A stretch of DNA of 63,967 nucleotides, the filler included, from Vicugna vicugna (Eukaryota): the NCBI GenBank assembly GCA_013265495.1. It is 80 parts of 79 records of this genome, joined end to end, with 100 filler letters (N's around TTAATTAATTAA, not from the genome) between each part and the next. Parts side by side here need not be neighbours in the genome. Positions count along the whole stretch, not along the records: positions 62,439 to 63,349 come from MU058837.1; positions 63,450 to 63,967 come from PNXW01006434.1; 78 more parts are not named here. One strand, 5' to 3'. Below, piece after piece: positions 62,339 to 63,967 of the stretch. The notes beneath the pieces are model-generated. The model had not been told where the DNA came from. It was given only the letters and a program-made list of their open reading frames with translations, and made no database searches. Made by a program: the position numbers and the translations under genes. The stretch's first letter is position 1. Every line of letters starts with the position of its first letter.

Positions 62339-63449
62339 NNNNNNNNNNNNNNNNNNNNNNNNNNNNNNNNNNNNNNNNNNNNTTAATTAATTAANNNNNN
62401 NNNNNNNNNNNNNNNNNNNNNNNNNNNNNNNNNNNNNNAGTCCTCAAATATGCAAAGACAATAATTATTTTTGTATTTCATACCTCTTAATTGGAATCCC
62501 CTTACTCCATGTGCTCAGTAAATGTTTCAGGACTCAGACGTCATAATTTCAATTAATGAGTCTTTCAATTTTCATCTTTAGCCACAGTCTCACAAAACCT
62601 ACCATGAGCCAACCACTGATTCCAAGCAAAATATCCACATTCACTTTTCCATTCATGCAACTAGCAGCAATCTCTTCCTTGCTCCTTCCTATTCAGGACA
62701 TTTTGTATATCATGCTTGGTGAATATTCCTTCTCATCATATGTACACTTTGTATAAGTTTTATCTCAGTTGTAAAATCTTGAGAAGAGTGACTGTGGACC
62801 ATCACTCATCATTGCCCTGATAAGTGACCACTTGGTCTCTTATAAATAGGACATTCTTCATAAATATGCATTAAATTGAAATGTCTTTAAGTGAGCACCA
62901 AAGAAAGCAGGCACAGCATCCTATTGGCCTCACTTCTTATGCCGTAATAAGGATTCCTTCTGTTNNNNNNNNNNNNNNNNNNNNNNNNNNNNNNNNNNNN
63001 NNNNNNNNNNNNNNNNNNNNNNNNNNNNNNNNNNNNNNNNNNNNNNNNNNNNNNNNNNNNNNNNNNNNNNNNNNNNNNNNNNNNNNNNNNNNNNNNNNNN
63101 NNNNNNNNNNNNNNNNNNNNNNNNNNNNNNNNNNNNNTATGGGACTCTTTATTTCTTTCTAGGGAAGCCCCTTGTTTTATGACCCAAATAGCATTTCCCT
63201 AAATAAAACTGCATGAAACAGAATGCCATTATGATTTCCAACATTCATTTCCAGTGACGTTTCTGTTAGGTTGCAGCTATAACTGTGATGGAAGGGGTGG
63301 GTGCAGAGCCCTCTGTGGTAGTAACTGTGTCTTCATACATCAAACCAAGNNNNNNNNNNNNNNNNNNNNNNNNNNNNNNNNNNNNNNNNNNNNTTAATTA
63401 ATTAANNNNNNNNNNNNNNNNNNNNNNNNNNNNNNNNNNNNNNNNNNNN

Positions 63450-63820
63450 CTCCAGCTTCATTCTTTTTCTTCAGTATTGTTTTGGCAATTCTGGATCTTT
63501 TGTGATTCATATACATTTTAGGATTATTTGTTCTAGTTCTGTGAAAAATGTCCTAGGTAATTTGATAGGGATCACATTAAATCTGTAGATTGCTTTGGGT
63601 AGTATGGCCATTTTAACAATATTAATTCTTCCAATCCAAGAACATGAGCTATCTTTCCATTTCTTTAAATTGTCTTTAATTTCCTTAGTCAATGTTTTGT
63701 AGTTCTTCGAGTATAAGTCTTTCACTTCCTTGGTCAGATTTATTAGTCAGATTTATTCCTAAGTATTTTATTTTTTTTTTGGATGCAATTTTAAAAGGGA
63801 TTGTTTCTTTACTTTCCTTT
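63450..63820 (-). mobile_element. LINE-1 ORF2 fragment
   Basis: [69 protein letters not shown]. Confidence 0.96.
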
Positions 63821-63967
63821 TTGACTATCTCTTAAGCTGTATAAAATATATAGGAGATGAACCATAAAACAGGCAGATAAAGTTTGACTAGTATGTTGGG
63901 TTCAAATACTGCTTTTGAAAAGAAAAGTTGTGACTGAATTTCAGAAAACTATTTTAGAGGAATTGAT

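Noticed and set aside
1232..63405. Regularly recurring palindrome TTAATTAATTAA as a CRISPR-like repeat or recombination site
   Set aside because: Always embedded in exactly 44+44 N; it is a six-frame-stop assembly linker, with no cas genes and a mammalian context.

Overview
This is not a contiguous locus and not prokaryotic. It is an artificial concatenation of about 80 short (roughly 0.1-1.2 kb), gap-rich unplaced scaffolds from a placental mammal. They are joined by a synthetic 100-bp spacer, N44-TTAATTAATTAA-N44 (79 copies counted by eye). I saw no Alu, B1/B2, Bov-tA, PRE-1 or SINEC elements, and the L1s look laurasiatherian; a camelid is a plausible source, but that is inference. About half the pieces are satellite DNA in five families I label here: SatA (GC-rich, ~265-269 bp); SatD (diverged relative of SatA, ~266 bp); SatB (249 bp); SatC (AT-rich, ~248-bp monomers in a 743-bp trimer, sharing colinear anchor motifs with SatB); and SatF (AGAATAT heptamer with nested periods). 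There is also a variant telomeric array, L1/MIR/L2/MLT1/Tigger/ERV fragments and two recognisable exons. One is a CLEC2D-like C-type lectin exon. The other is an MRAP2-like last coding exon whose frame is kept open by a +13/-1 compensating frameshift pair. Most ORFs in the track are artefacts of N runs and satellites.
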